From assembly GCA_951406725.2 (NCBI GenBank), contig OX597818.1, positions 82,088,001 to 82,152,000 on the forward strand: a stretch of 64,000 bases of DNA, in the 5' to 3' direction. The notes beneath the pieces are model-generated. The model ran no database searches and was not told where the DNA came from. It worked only from the letters and a program-made list of their open reading frames with translations. A program made the translations under genes and the position numbers. Positions 13,901 to 27,678 of this stretch are shown one piece after another. The DNA comes from Octopus vulgaris (lineage: Eukaryota). Each line of letters starts with the position of its first letter. Within the stretch, counting starts at the first letter, position 1.

Positions 13901-13924
13901 CAAATAAGATTGATAGAAAAAGAG

Positions 13925-13929
13925 TAGGT

Positions 13930-13965
<36 letters not shown>

Positions 13966-14136
13966 TGCAAAGAGAGTCAGGGACCGACAGAGAAAGAGAA
14001 AGAGAGAGAGACTGTGTGTATGAGAGAGAGAGAGAGAATCTGTGTGTGATAGAGAGGGAGATTTAGGGTTAGAAAGTGTGAGAGAGAGAGAATTAAAGAA
14101 AGAAGGAGAGAGAGAGAGAAAGAGAGAGAGGAAGAG

Positions 14137-14189
<53 letters not shown>

Positions 14190-14190
14190 T
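13925..14190. repeat. (GA)n/(GATA)n purine-rich microsatellite field
   Basis: Direct reading. Confidence 0.93.
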
Positions 14191-14468
14191 GACATTAAAT
14201 TTGCAAAATACATATCCCTACTAAATAGGAAAATGCTTGCTTAAGATAAAACAGAAGATATGGCAAATGTTCTGGGTTTCGACGTGTTATTTAAAGCTTC
14301 TGTAAAAGCAAGCTAGAAACGCACGCACATGATTGTCACGTGTATATCATATCTCGTGTTCTAAACGTTAAGTCCAACTTCATGCATCTGAATCTCTCCT
14401 CATTAAAGCGGTTTAATATTCATTCGGAGATGCGATTTACTGATAGTTACACAGATTTACATAAACGA

Positions 14469-15130
<662 letters not shown>

Positions 15131-15379
15131 CATATGTACAGTAATACATGCATGTATACGCACGCGCGTACACACACATGCATATTCACAGACACACACG
15201 CACATATGGATATGCGCATATTTACATATATGCATTGCGAATATATAAGAGCTTGCGAGCTGGAAATCTTTGTAGTAAATATCTAATACGACATAGGAAA
15301 TGAGTAACGCTTGTGTCCAGGCAAACGATAATACATTATATTGTTTTGAACAACTGTATTATATATTTGTCTTTCATAC

Positions 15380-15500
15380 ATCCGCTTTCCACACCACTAA
15401 TGTAATCCGAGGGAAAAGCAAGGACCGACACAGCTTGAGTCCAGTGATGTCTATACTTATTTCTACAGAGGAGTGAACTAGAGCAAAGTGAAAATAAAAG
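15380..15500 (-). mobile_element. Partial SINE, family D
   Basis: Matches 33400-33512 (accactaatgtaatccgagggaaaagcaaggaccgacacagcttg...atttctacag..gagtgaactagagc). Confidence 0.65.
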
Positions 15501-16223
15501 AAGGAAAATGCACACAGTTTACATAGTTTTAATATACTTTTAATATATTTTATAAGTGAATGAGTATTGTGTTTGTCGATCGGTTTCGCTTTCGCTAATC
15601 ACGACATTAAAATTATTGTAATTTCGTATTTTCTTAAGAAGATATTAATCTATGTAGTGTGTGGTGAAGTTTTTAAATGAATGAATCAACAAGTAGAAAA
15701 ATTTAAGGGGATGTAATTGATGATGGGTATTATCAGAACAAGGGGAGGTAATCGCTCATTTTTTAGGGCGGGGATAAATAAATATACAAAAACTGAAAAC
15801 CTAAAGTAGTGAGATGAAATATGTATAGTGATGGGTATGTGGTCATGAATTAAAATATACACTGAGACTAAAGTTTGCTATGCGTTCGTATTTAGGCGTG
15901 TGCTGTAATTTTAGATAAATAAATTTTGTTTATTTAAACGTTCTTGTACAGAAATTGTTTCTTTGCACTGGTAGATAGGGAACACTGGGAAGTTTGGTTG
16001 GATAATACCTGCACATCTCTCTAAATGTTCACTCAAAGGAATCACTCTGTACTACGAGGAACGGATCAGTTTGATGTTAGAAATCTATACACCAATCTCC
16101 CTCATGACTATAAAATAAAGGTAATATAATTCTGGCTGGAAAAGTACCCCGAAGTACTTCCGAAACGCATAAACTAGGTTTTTATTATTGAAACTTTCAA
16201 AGTATTAGTGGAACAAATCGAAC

Positions 16224-16293
<70 letters not shown>

Positions 16294-16622
16294 GTATATA
16301 TCCGGACGGAGAGACAGCTGATCAGGTGTGTGCGTGCCTACGCATCTGCGTATGAGTGAGTGGTCGTAGCGTAGGAATGACTCAGCGTTTAATGTTCATA
16401 GAAGAAAGCTGCAAAAAAATAATAAAAAATAATAAATACATAATAAATAAAAAAAAAGAGAAGGCAACGTAAATCTAAAGCGAGACTCAGAGACAGTCAA
16501 CTTCTATTGTTTATCATTCAACCAATGTGGGCTTTGATGTCTCTAACGAACAGTAACAATGAACAGCTGAGCTCGATACACAAAGCTGATGTTCTAGCTA
16601 TATATATCAATATTCAATCACG

Positions 16623-16718
<96 letters not shown>

Positions 16719-16883
16719 GCATATACATATATATATATGTATATATATATATATAAATGGATATGTATATGTATATATATTTATATATATATATATATAC
16801 ACATATATGTGTATATATATATATATATTCATATATATGAATGTACATATACATTGATATATATTTCTTGATATACATCGTAT

Positions 16884-16935
<52 letters not shown>

Positions 16936-16987
16936 ATATGTACATACATACACACACACACACACACACATATGTATATATACATAT

Positions 16988-17335
16988 TCTTTTACTTGTT
17001 TCAGTAATTTGACTGCGGTCATAGTGATGTACCGCCTTCAGTCGAAGAAATCGACTGCAGGAGTTATTCTATGTACGTCTAGTACTTATTCTGTCGTTCC
17101 CTTTTGCCGAGCCGCTAAGTTTTTGGGACGTAAATATACCAACATCGGTTGTCAACCGATGCTGGGGCATATAAACACAGACACACAAATACATACATAG
17201 CGGTTTCTTCCAGTTTCCGTTTACCAAATACACTCACAAGGCCTTTGTCGGTTCGAGGCTATAGTAGAGAACACTTGCCCAATGTACCACGCAGTGGGAC
17301 TGAAACCGGAAACATGTAGCTGAGAAGCAAGCTTC
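16988..17335 (-). mobile_element. tRNA-derived SINE, family B (degraded)
   Basis: tcttttacttgtttcagt.atttgactgcgg tail and cagtgggactgaa.ccggaa head, as in 55845-56249. Confidence 0.85.
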
Positions 17336-17382
17336 ATACATATATACATTCACACTCATACACGCACGCATATACAAATAGA

Positions 17383-19445
17383 CTAGCAGTAATACCCGTC
17401 GTTGATCGGGTAATTATTTTTACTCTTTCTCGGGAGACACATTCAAAGTATTATTATACATATAATTTACTCCTCCTCTATGTGTTTAATTTGTATGAGA
17501 AAAAAATATGTAATCAGTAGGAAAATGTTCAAATTCAAACATGAAATTGTGTTTGTTTAATATATGATAATAATAAGTGAGTTGTGTGTGTTATTTTATT
17601 TATCAATACAGAAATGGCAATTATATAATACACTTCATTTAATTTAATTTATTCAGTCTTGAATGTAATGATATTAATGGTAAATTAATTTATTGAAGTA
17701 TTCATGTTTCATTAAGAGTGAATATTTCTTTATAAACAATTGTTTTTGTTTATTTCAGGGGACAAATATTGAAAGATTTGCTCTTGCTCCCATACATGAT
17801 GGCCCTACATAAAGTTAGCCATTTGAAAAGTATGGTTGTTCAATTTACCACCCAGCAACTTTTAGTATTTGTCTCTGACTTTCATTAATACTCATGGCAA
17901 AAGAAACACGGATAGGAAACTGTAACCGCTTAAATTGGAATTAAATTAAACTAACTTGAAATTAGAAGGTATGTGAGAAATGATGTCAGCTTTACATTTA
18001 CCACAACCAGTGAGGATATTTGTCTCAATACAGTTTCTCGTGAGTTTGTGCACAATTAATCTTATACCATTACATAATTTTGGTGGTGTCAAATTACGTA
18101 ATAGCATAATACGAGTCCATTTTTTCAGCCGTAGACGATGAGGACCTGTACCATGTGGTTGTAGTGAGTTCAAAAATTCGATGGGATAGTTAACAATATC
18201 GTCGACAACAATATCAATTGAATTATAAGTGAATATTTCTCCCGGAAGTTTATTCATTAGGATATTATTAAAATCTTTTGAAGTCAAGATAGCTCGCTCA
18301 AAGATCCAATCTGAATTGTAATTTTGAAGAAGATTAGGAAATATTTCAGCCACCATATCATTGACAGAACCAGTTGAATTAAATATTAGAATAAGTGTAG
18401 GAAACTGTTCTTTATCCATTAAAACTCTCCCTTCATCGAGTTTCAGAAGCTGCCCTCCAAACAGTTCAGCTGATTGATCTCTTGAAAGCCTCGATCTCAT
18501 ATTTGTCGAAAGTTGAAGTGTCTTCACATGATGCCATAATACGGAAGACTTTATTGAAGCATTTAGCTCATCCACTTTTGTTCCTCTTGGAGCAATTGGT
18601 AGTGCTTTGTTGGAACTCAGCTGACAATAATACTGTGATATTTCGCACCATGAAATTGCAATATCTAATGTCTCGTAATGTTCTTTCCACAACTTCAAAA
18701 GCTTTTTTTGTGAGCCATGGTACATTCGTATCAGACAATTAAGTGACATCATTGTAAAAGTTTACCAATTGCAGAATTTTTAGATATATTACAAACTGGA
18801 TCTTCTTTGTTAGATAAATCTAAAGGTAACTTGAATGTTGAATGGGCAGTCTGACCTCCGGGTAGAAATGTTGTTACAATCCCAGAAGTAGCAGTAGCTA
18901 AAGCTATTTTATTTTCTTGATGGACTTTAGCCAGGAGTAGTTTAATTACAAATGTTTACCCAGCACCTATTGGAGCATCTACAAATATAAAGTCATCCTA
19001 TGCTATTCTTGATACTTTCTATGAGAGTGGAATATATACGATGTTGATCTGATAGAAGTTTGGGAAGATTATCATTTATGTACATGGTCAGAACGTCCAT
19101 ATCATAGGAAATTTCCCTCATTATTTCAGTGGACAGACTGTTAAGATACCCTTATTAGTTATTGGGAAACCTAAATTTTCTATAGGTTCACCTCCCATCG
19201 AAATAATATGATATATTTCAATCAAAGCTATATTGTATATAGCATCAGTGAAAGCAATATCGTGCTCAGGATTACTCAACTGAATTTGGTGCTTGAAATC
19301 TTCATTAAGATCATTTCTGAACATGTTCCAGAGCTCAACAGGATTATTATTTCACAATTATTTAGAATAATAGCCAAAAGACGCTTTAATGTTTTTGATA
19401 TTAAAGCGTCATCTAGTGCTTGCAACCAGTTTCGTTTTATGGGAC
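17383..19445 (-). mobile_element. Helitron remnant: 3' half of RepHel with intact 3' terminus
   Basis: Minus-strand end tacccg-atcaacga-cgggta hairpin followed by ttactgCTAG|T at 17383; upstream PIF1-type helicase remains. Confidence 0.9.
17780..19445 (-). pseudogene. Helitron PIF1-like helicase pseudogene
   Basis: Motifs [25 protein letters not shown]; Walker A IFVDAPIGAG*TF; ATSGIVTTFLPGGQTAHSTFKLPL; ASIKSSVLW..LSTNMR; YPIEFLNSL..PHRLRLK..IMLLRNL.PPKLCNG.RL; RLQFPIRVSFAMSINESQ; FSNG*LYV. Stops and frameshifts throughout; the 268-aa ORF 17946-18752 is its longest open piece. Confidence 0.92.
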
Positions 19446-19463
19446 AAGCAAACACAAAATCTC

Positions 19464-19515
<52 letters not shown>

Positions 19516-19597
19516 CTTCTTTATTTTTTGTGTCTATCCTTTTTATCTCTCTCTTTTTCTCTATTTATATCCATAAAATCACACCTAAACATCCCCC

Positions 19598-19664
<67 letters not shown>

Positions 19665-19744
19665 CATATTTAAATGTACACATATGTATATGTGTGTGTA
19701 AGTATACATAGCTACTCATATATACATATATGTATGCATATGTC

Positions 19745-20410
19745 ATTATTCTGTTTTATTTCAAGATTTCTTGCTAATAGAGAAAGAGTCGGTTTCTAAA
19801 CTAGATCCAAAGCTCCTTTATTAAAATTTCAACAGCAACAAAAGTGTATTTTTGTTTCTATATATGTATGTGTGCAGGTTTTATTTTATGTATGTACATA
19901 AAAAAATATCTAGACATGATCATATATATTTAAGTGGAAAACTTCTGGAAAGTTTTACAGAGTTTTACAGTTCTAGTGATGGATTGGATCTGTAGTCTTC
20001 GAATTAGCTTTCTCCTTTCTGCTTTTGAGAAGCCTAATTTCTCAAGATTGTTTTTTTTCGGCAGTGTGTTACATATCCCAGGAATCCAATAATTACAGTT
20101 ATAAACCTAAACTTGTAATCTGGATAGAGTAACTGCAGATTTCTGAATAGTTCAGCGCAGGTATTCTCTTTTTCGCTGATCTTCAGCTTTATGATAACAT
20201 ACCCGAGGCAACTAATTTCCATAACTGTACACAGATTTTGTTTCATTATCCCAAATCCTTATATCAGGACTGTTGTGCTTACATTCTACTGAGGTTATCA
20301 CTGGGAAATTCGACCAGTACTCCTCTTTATTATGAAAGACTATGGCATCCTCTAAATCGTTATGATTTAGAGCAAAATACTTTATTTCATATTGTTTTGC
20401 GACCACTTCG
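19745..20410 (-). mobile_element. 3' fragment of an RLE-type (R4/Dong-like) non-LTR retrotransposon
   Basis: KHNSPDIRIWD...CTVMEISC...KISEKENT.AELFRNLQLLYPDYKF..VIIGFLG matches the PD-(D/E)xK restriction-like endonuclease C-terminus; 3' UTR ends aaataaaacagaataat. Confidence 0.75.
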
Positions 20411-20751
20411 AGATCATATGCACCTGTAGAGGCAACGTCAATTTCATAGAGGGGGTGGGATCATGTGCAACATAAATGTTGAATCATTATAAACCAAATA
20501 ATATGTGTGGCTGTTGAGCAAGAAACAGCAGAAACCTCAACTATTGTGTTGGGTACTAAACAACAGCAATAAGAGACCAGTATCTACATCAGCAAAACAA
20601 TGCAAAAGATACTGGACCTGAAGAAAACAAGTAGAAACATTGCATAATCACAATATTAATCTGAATTAAGTGGAGTTATCTTATGTTGAGATTGTCTACA
20701 TATCCTTAAAATTGTTCGATATTAACGCGTGTTTGTGTTTGTAACTGAGGG

Positions 20752-20800
<49 letters not shown>

Positions 20801-20815
20801 TTATATATGAACATA

Positions 20816-20973
20816 GAGTAATCCCTCGCCATATCGCAGTTCACCTATCGCGATTTATTATTACATCAATTCCTGCGAAGTGTTGCTTTGCATTTATAAT
20901 AAAATAAATATATACAAATTATAAAAGTAAAAAAAATATATTGCGGGTAACGACTACAATAGTCAAGGGATTA

Positions 20974-20976
<3 letters not shown>
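20816..20976 (-). mobile_element. Internally deleted copy of the 4990-5258 MITE
   Basis: Ends agtaatccctcgccatatcgc...caagggattactg; shares tttataataaaataaatatat.caaattataaaa with the other copy in reverse orientation. Confidence 0.8.
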
Positions 20977-21040
<64 letters not shown>

Positions 21041-21177
21041 TGCATATATGAGTACTGGACGTCACCAACGGTATAAATAACACGAAATACGTAAACAACG
21101 AGTAAAACACAGAGTAAACACAGAGAAAGGACTATTTGTCATTTTTCGTTTGTCTACTCCACATTTCCAGCATTCAA

Positions 21178-21231
<54 letters not shown>

Positions 21232-21268
21232 TTCTGCGTATGTATGTATATATTTTATATGCATATAC

Positions 21269-21332
<64 letters not shown>

Positions 21333-22299
21333 ATGTATGTAAGTATGTACGCATATATGTATGTATGCGGTTGGGAAGCCAGCTTGTTACCACACACACA
21401 CACACTGATCACATATAGCCGTTCGATTTGCTACCCGACGTACATTTTATAGACAGGGGTGGGGGTGAGAGCTGTACAAAAAGGAAAGAAAACGTGAGAG
21501 AAATGTCTAAACCAAACTGGACTGACTTGGTTCACATCACAGCATAGTGCTACAGGCGAATAGCATTGTCATAACGAATATTCCAACTGTGACGGACCGG
21601 CATCCCGTCGAGGTGGGGAAGCTAGACGCCAATGAAACTGGGAAATCGGCCCTTATCAGCCAGCCACAGGTCGAGAAGGAACAAGCAACAGCGGCATAAC
21701 GAATATTGAATCTTATTTCTGGTATTGTATACATTCAGATTCTCAAATTCTCCGAAGAGCAAACCTATATAAAGCTAAAAAAAATAACACGAACAACAAC
21801 TTCTACAATGACAACAACAACAACAACAGCAACAACGATAATAAATAGTAAATGTACAAAAATAAAACAGCCACTTCTCGTTGTGTGTCATTAGCAAGAG
21901 TGAGATTCCATTACATTGATGACGCTGTCGTAAGAAGCCATAAAGTCGAAACGACGAGGAGGTGAAAGAAGGGGAGCAGTGGGAGGAGAGGAATAAGAAA
22001 AAGGAGTTGCAGGATGATGGAGAAGGGAGGAGTGAAAGTGGAGAAAGCTATTAGTGTGAATATTTTTAAACTGTGACTCAACGGTTTATTGTTTCGTTGG
22101 AGTTGGCTTAGTTGTCTATTCATTTATCTATTCATTTTGTCGCTGTCATTGTTATCGTTATGGTCGTCGTGATTGTCGTCGTCGTCGTCGTCGTCATTTA
22201 TAATTGATGCATTTATCTTCACAATTAACATTAAAAATCATCAGCATCGTTAAAATTGTGATCAGTTGTAACAACCATCCCCCATCAACTCGAACATCA

Positions 22300-22445
22300 C
22301 TACCGCCGCCGCCACCACAACCACCATCATCATCATCATTATCTACATCCATTTTGTCCCTCTTCCATACTATGATGATGATTATGATGACGATGATGTT
22401 GGTGATGTTGCTGCTGCAGCTGCTAATGATGGTGATGACGATGGA

Positions 22446-22488
<43 letters not shown>

Positions 22489-22492
22489 ATGA

Positions 22493-22523
<31 letters not shown>

Positions 22524-22740
22524 CATGAGAAAGATATTGTTGATGATACGAAAGATGATGATGATGACAACCACCAACATCACCAACATCGTCTACACTG
22601 CTACCTCAAGCTCAACCACCACCACCGCCACAGCCGACGCCACCACGACCACCACAACCACCATCATCATCATTATCACTATCACCACTACCATCATCGT
22701 CATCATCATTATCGTTTCCATGCGTGAAATCATCATCATG
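22300..22740. repeat. (GAT)n then (CAC/CAT)n trinucleotide field
   Basis: Direct reading. Confidence 0.92.
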
Positions 22741-23383
22741 TCCGGTGTATCAACGGACATGATCCGAGTTGTTAATAAGTTTAATTAGCAATCACGAAGT
22801 TATATTTTCCGTCCTGCTACCAGTTACCTTTCGCAAGAATATTTCACATTAGCCTCCTTTACATCAACGTCCTACCCAAACTTTTGGCCACGATTGTAAG
22901 GTAGAATGAAACGGTATGCATAACATATTGAATACTATATGTTCAATGACGCTCATAGATCATCCAGTCTGATGCCACTGTTTGTCGTATCTCTATGTCT
23001 TCGACAAGAGCATTTTGTTAAAAGCATTTGGTGCAGGCTCCATTGCACAAGACGACACTATTTGATCCACAATATGCAACAAAAAAAAAAAAAGAAAAAA
23101 AAAAAAAGAAAGTCTTAACAAAAACATACTCCTCCCTAGAAGGTGACTTAACTCCTGTTTGTAAACAATGGTGATTTCTTTGACTTGAAAATTGTTAAAA
23201 GTTTTGGCTTAAAATTTATTTTGACACCTATTCTCTAGTGCCTCTGGGAAAAGTAAGTTGACGAAGCTACAGCTAGGGTCATGACGAATGTCCTCCAAAA
23301 ATTGGAGCGACATGCTTGCTAATTTGTGGTCGTGCATAAATTACAATCACGCACGCACGCACACACACACACACACATCCTGC

Positions 23384-23433
<50 letters not shown>

Positions 23434-23798
23434 ATACATGAACAAACATATAGTGCTCTTTTTTTATTTTGGGGGCAGCCAGATTTGAACAGTCTCAATT
23501 GTAACTGCCCGAAACCGTAAGGATAATTTGGTAACTTGACTAATGAGAAGCTGCGAATGACCCGTCCTTGTATTTTCCTATCCGTCTTAGCATTGTCTAT
23601 CTGTCCGGCTGCTTTGTCTTCGTTTGTTGCGTTCCTGTTCCATTTTGTGGATTTATATGTATATATAACAGCGTACGGTACACTTTTACTCACTTTGTAA
23701 GAATGTATCTAAATTTTGTACGACTCTTTTACTCTTTCTTTCAACCCCCTCATACTTTCTTCCTTCTTTCATCTTTTCTTTTTCTCGTTCCCCCATCT

Positions 23799-23979
23799 CT
23801 CACATCTTTTGACTTTCTCTTTCTTTAATTTCTACTTTTCCCCCTCGTTTATCTCCCATGTACCTTTCTCTATGTCCCTTTCATTTCCTCACATCTTTTG
23901 ACTTTCTCTTTCTTTAATTTCTACTTTTCCCCCTCGTTTATCTCCCATGTACCTTTCTCTATGTCCCTTTCATTTCCTC
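23799..23979. repeat. Near-perfect 89-bp tandem duplication in pyrimidine-rich repeat DNA
   Basis: Unit ctcacatcttttgactttctc...cctttcatttc starts at 23799 and again at 23888. Confidence 0.92.
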
Positions 23980-24194
23980 TCTCTTTTTGTTCATTCCCCA
24001 ATCCTGATGTTCCCTCGCTCTCTCCTTTCCTTCCACGTGACCAGTATTCGGCCAGGCATGATCTTTCTTTCTTGGCTCGACTGCCCGACCGCAAACAATC
24101 TCTGATGTTCCTGTCTCTTGACTTTCATCTCTTATGTTCATCTTCTATGTTCTTGCCTCAAGGCTTCCACTCTACACAGGTCAGTTCAACTTAA

Positions 24195-24394
24195 TTCTAC
24201 TTTAGGCACTAGGCCCGAAATGTTTTGAAGGAAGGGGCCAGTCGATTAGTACGTGACTGGTACTTAATTTATCGACCCCGAGAAGATGAAAATCAAAGTC
24301 GACCTCGGCGGAATTGGAACTCAGAGCAAAAAGACAGACGAAAAACCGCTAAGTATTTGGCCCGCCATGCTAACCTTTCTGCCAGCTCACCGCC
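24195..24394 (-). mobile_element. SINE family A
   Basis: gactggtacttaatttatcgacccc...aaagtcgacctcggcggaatt.gaactcag...ctgccagctcaccgcc. Confidence 0.88.
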
Positions 24395-24919
24395 TTGTAT
24401 AACGTATATATTATAACGGGATTTAATTGTTCCCACTTGTGTTATTAGCTAGAAATATTTATCAACAGGAATATCTCATAGGTAAAATAAGATAATTCTG
24501 TGTATTTTGCTAATGACAGCACCAGCCATAGAGATATTTACATCGGTATTCTCACCAGGCTTATCATATAGAACTATACATTCTGCGTCTTAAAGAGAAT
24601 AAGTTACGATTTAAGGGTTGTGTTTCAGTAGATCAACACAGAACCTAAGGTCCTCAGTTTCACAGTGATGATGCAGTAAATTATTATGTTAGAACCTAGG
24701 TCCTTCTCTGTCCCCCAAATTGCATATAATTGCTTTATAAAGCATAAGGATTTTTCATGCTTCTTTACCTTTTGGGTTTGCCACCACGTAATCTGGGGTT
24801 GACTACAGATGTACTGCTCCGTGGCGACCAATCGCTTGTGAGTGAATTTGGCAGATGGAAACCTTGTGGAAGACCGTAAAATACACACACACATCTATCT
24901 ATATATGTCTGTGTGTGTG

Positions 24920-25120
<201 letters not shown>

Positions 25121-25684
25121 ACATAATCATACGCATATATGTGTACATTAGTATATTTTGTGTTTAATTTTGTTCTACAATATCGCGTAACGTTCGAATT
25201 TGGTCTTTCCACGTCCTGGTAACTTAACGATTCGGTAAAAGGAAACCATTGGAATACGTACCAGACTTTAAATTTAAATAAGTAGATTCAGTTGTTCGGA
25301 GTAAACCTTCAATGCTGGTATCTAAACATTTGCAATACAATGCCCGCAAAAAAGATATAAAAGGCAAGAATGTATGTTATAATTTGTTCAGCAAAACAGA
25401 ATCTGTTAAGTTTCGTAAGGAGAGTGAAGTATAATGTTTTAGAGCTTGCAAATATCTCTTTGGCACAATAGGTACCAACATACAAAAACTAACTGGGAAT
25501 TTGTATATTTTATTAGCAACAGTTTCAATGCAAGCTCTAGGTTCACCATACGATTTCTGTACCTAGAAATAAAGGGGTAGTTTCATGATGTAGGTGTATA
25601 CATTCTACATTTAATTCTATTTTCTCTACATATACATACATACATATACATACACACACACACATATATGAAAGTATGTATGTG

Positions 25685-25748
<64 letters not shown>

Positions 25749-26892
25749 TATATGCATATATATCGATAGATATATCTATATCTATATACTTATAAATGAT
25801 ATATATATATATATATATTGACACACATATATGTATCCATATGTGTGTGAATATGTGTATCTGAATATAGCGATTAATTTATATAACTATATATGAATGT
25901 ACATGTTGCACACAGACACATATCTATATATATATGTACATGTATATATATCTGTGAACATTTATATATATATATATATTGGTATTTTTATCTATGTATC
26001 TATCTCATATAGATACATGTGTATGTATGTATATATGTATGTATCTATGTGGGTATGTATATATATATGTATGTACCCATCTATGAACAAGCACACTCAT
26101 GCACACATGCATACATACAAACGCATGCGCGCACACACAGATATTACAAAAGCTATTTCCTCTTCAAAATAGAATTAATTTCAAATCGTAAATTAAAATC
26201 TGTGCTATTTTTCTTTTATTTTTTATCAATTCCCCTCCCTTTCCTAATATTCTTGATCAATATTAAATATTATTTTTTTCCCTTACACCTTAATGCAGTA
26301 AAGCAAAAGACAAAAAAAGATATTGTTATATTTAAATTTCGATTTCTAATGCAAATTTTATTTAATTTCTTTCAGTATTTATTGTATCGTATTTTTGTAT
26401 TTCCTTTTCTTGTTCTGTTGTCAGCTCAAGTCGATTTATTTCTGGTGTGTATAACGTGAAAACCCAAGCAAAAAGAAAGTAAAATACAAAAGCAAAACAC
26501 ACACAAAAAACATAAATATATAAAAACAAGAAGAAAAAGTTTGTCATAAGTGATTGAAGGAGATGGCATTACGAAAGAAAAAGTGGATATTAAAATTAAT
26601 AAGATGATTCGAGATGACGTTTAAAAATTAATTAATGAATATGAAAATACATTATCGATGATGTATTTACAAATTTGTCAGAAAAGTGTTAAACGAAAAC
26701 ACAAAGACATATACATAGCTACAAACACACACACAGACACACATATGATATGATATACCTATATATATATATGTGTGTGTGTGTATGTACGTGTGTACGT
26801 GTGCATGTGTATGTGTGCAATGTTTTCATATTATATCATTTATATACATATATGTATATAAATAATGATGTATGTACATGTATGTATGTATG

Positions 26893-26966
<74 letters not shown>

Positions 26967-27400
26967 TATATATATATGCATAAACATACACACACACACA
27001 TATACATAAATTTAAATGAATATAAACGTATGTATGTATATATGTATGTTTGTATGTAATTGTATGTGTAATGAATAGAAGCTTTCAGAAATTATAATAT
27101 ATTGTGATTTCGTTTCAATTTTAGGAGCGCTGAATAACCATCTGAGACTAAAAATATAATAACTTTCATCCAAATATCAATCAGGTTTGCAAAATATTTT
27201 TTGTGAACATGGTTCAAAGTTCACGATCTTGCCTAATATGGGTGAACATATGGGAAGGGACATATATCATTGTGTTTTGATTGTGAAGTGTGAATCACTC
27301 CTCTTGGCTTCGTTAGAAATGATAAAACTTCAAGGGTTATAGTATATGACTCCGTTCTCAGAAGGCCGTAAGATATTTTAGGCAAAACTAATGTATTTAA

Positions 27401-27678
27401 TCTGTTGTGTCTGGGGAGAGTCATTTTCTTTTTTGTGCCTTATAATGTAACACACTCACCGGTAAAATTTCCACTTATTTCTTATTTTTATTTTCGTAAA
27501 ACTTTCGTTGCGTCTTGCAACCTTTTAATAGTCAAGACTATTGAAAAGACTATTGAAAAGGTTGCAAGACGCAACGAAAATTTTAGGAAAATAAAAGTAA
27601 GAAATAAGTGGAAATTTTACCGGTGAGTGTGTTACATTATAATGCACAAAAAGAAAATGACTCTTCAGACACAACAGA
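27401..27678. repeat. Long palindrome (~130-bp arms), probably an inverted Penelope-type terminal repeat
   Basis: tctgttgtgtctg...cacactcaccggtaaaatttccacttatttc...gttgcgtcttgcaacc is mirrored by ggttgcaagacgcaac...gaaataagtggaaattttaccggtgagtgtg...cagacacaacaga; the centre carries a 12-bp direct duplication gactattgaaaa. Confidence 0.93.
27550..27586 (+). ncRNA. Candidate minimal hammerhead ribozyme, U3-A8 core variant
   Basis: cta-TTGAAAA-g-GTTGC-aagac-GCAAC-GAAA-at-TT-tag; stem I cta/tag, 5-bp stem II, palindromic AATT stem III. Confidence 0.4.

Noticed and set aside
17946-18752. Host PIF1 helicase gene
   Set aside because: Intronless, disrupted on both sides, and followed by a Helitron hairpin-CTAG end; it is a transposon relic.
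20612-20646. Hammerhead core CTGAAGA...GAAA
   Set aside because: Stem II (aaacaagta) and stem I do not pair; it may be a decayed copy but is not supportable alone.
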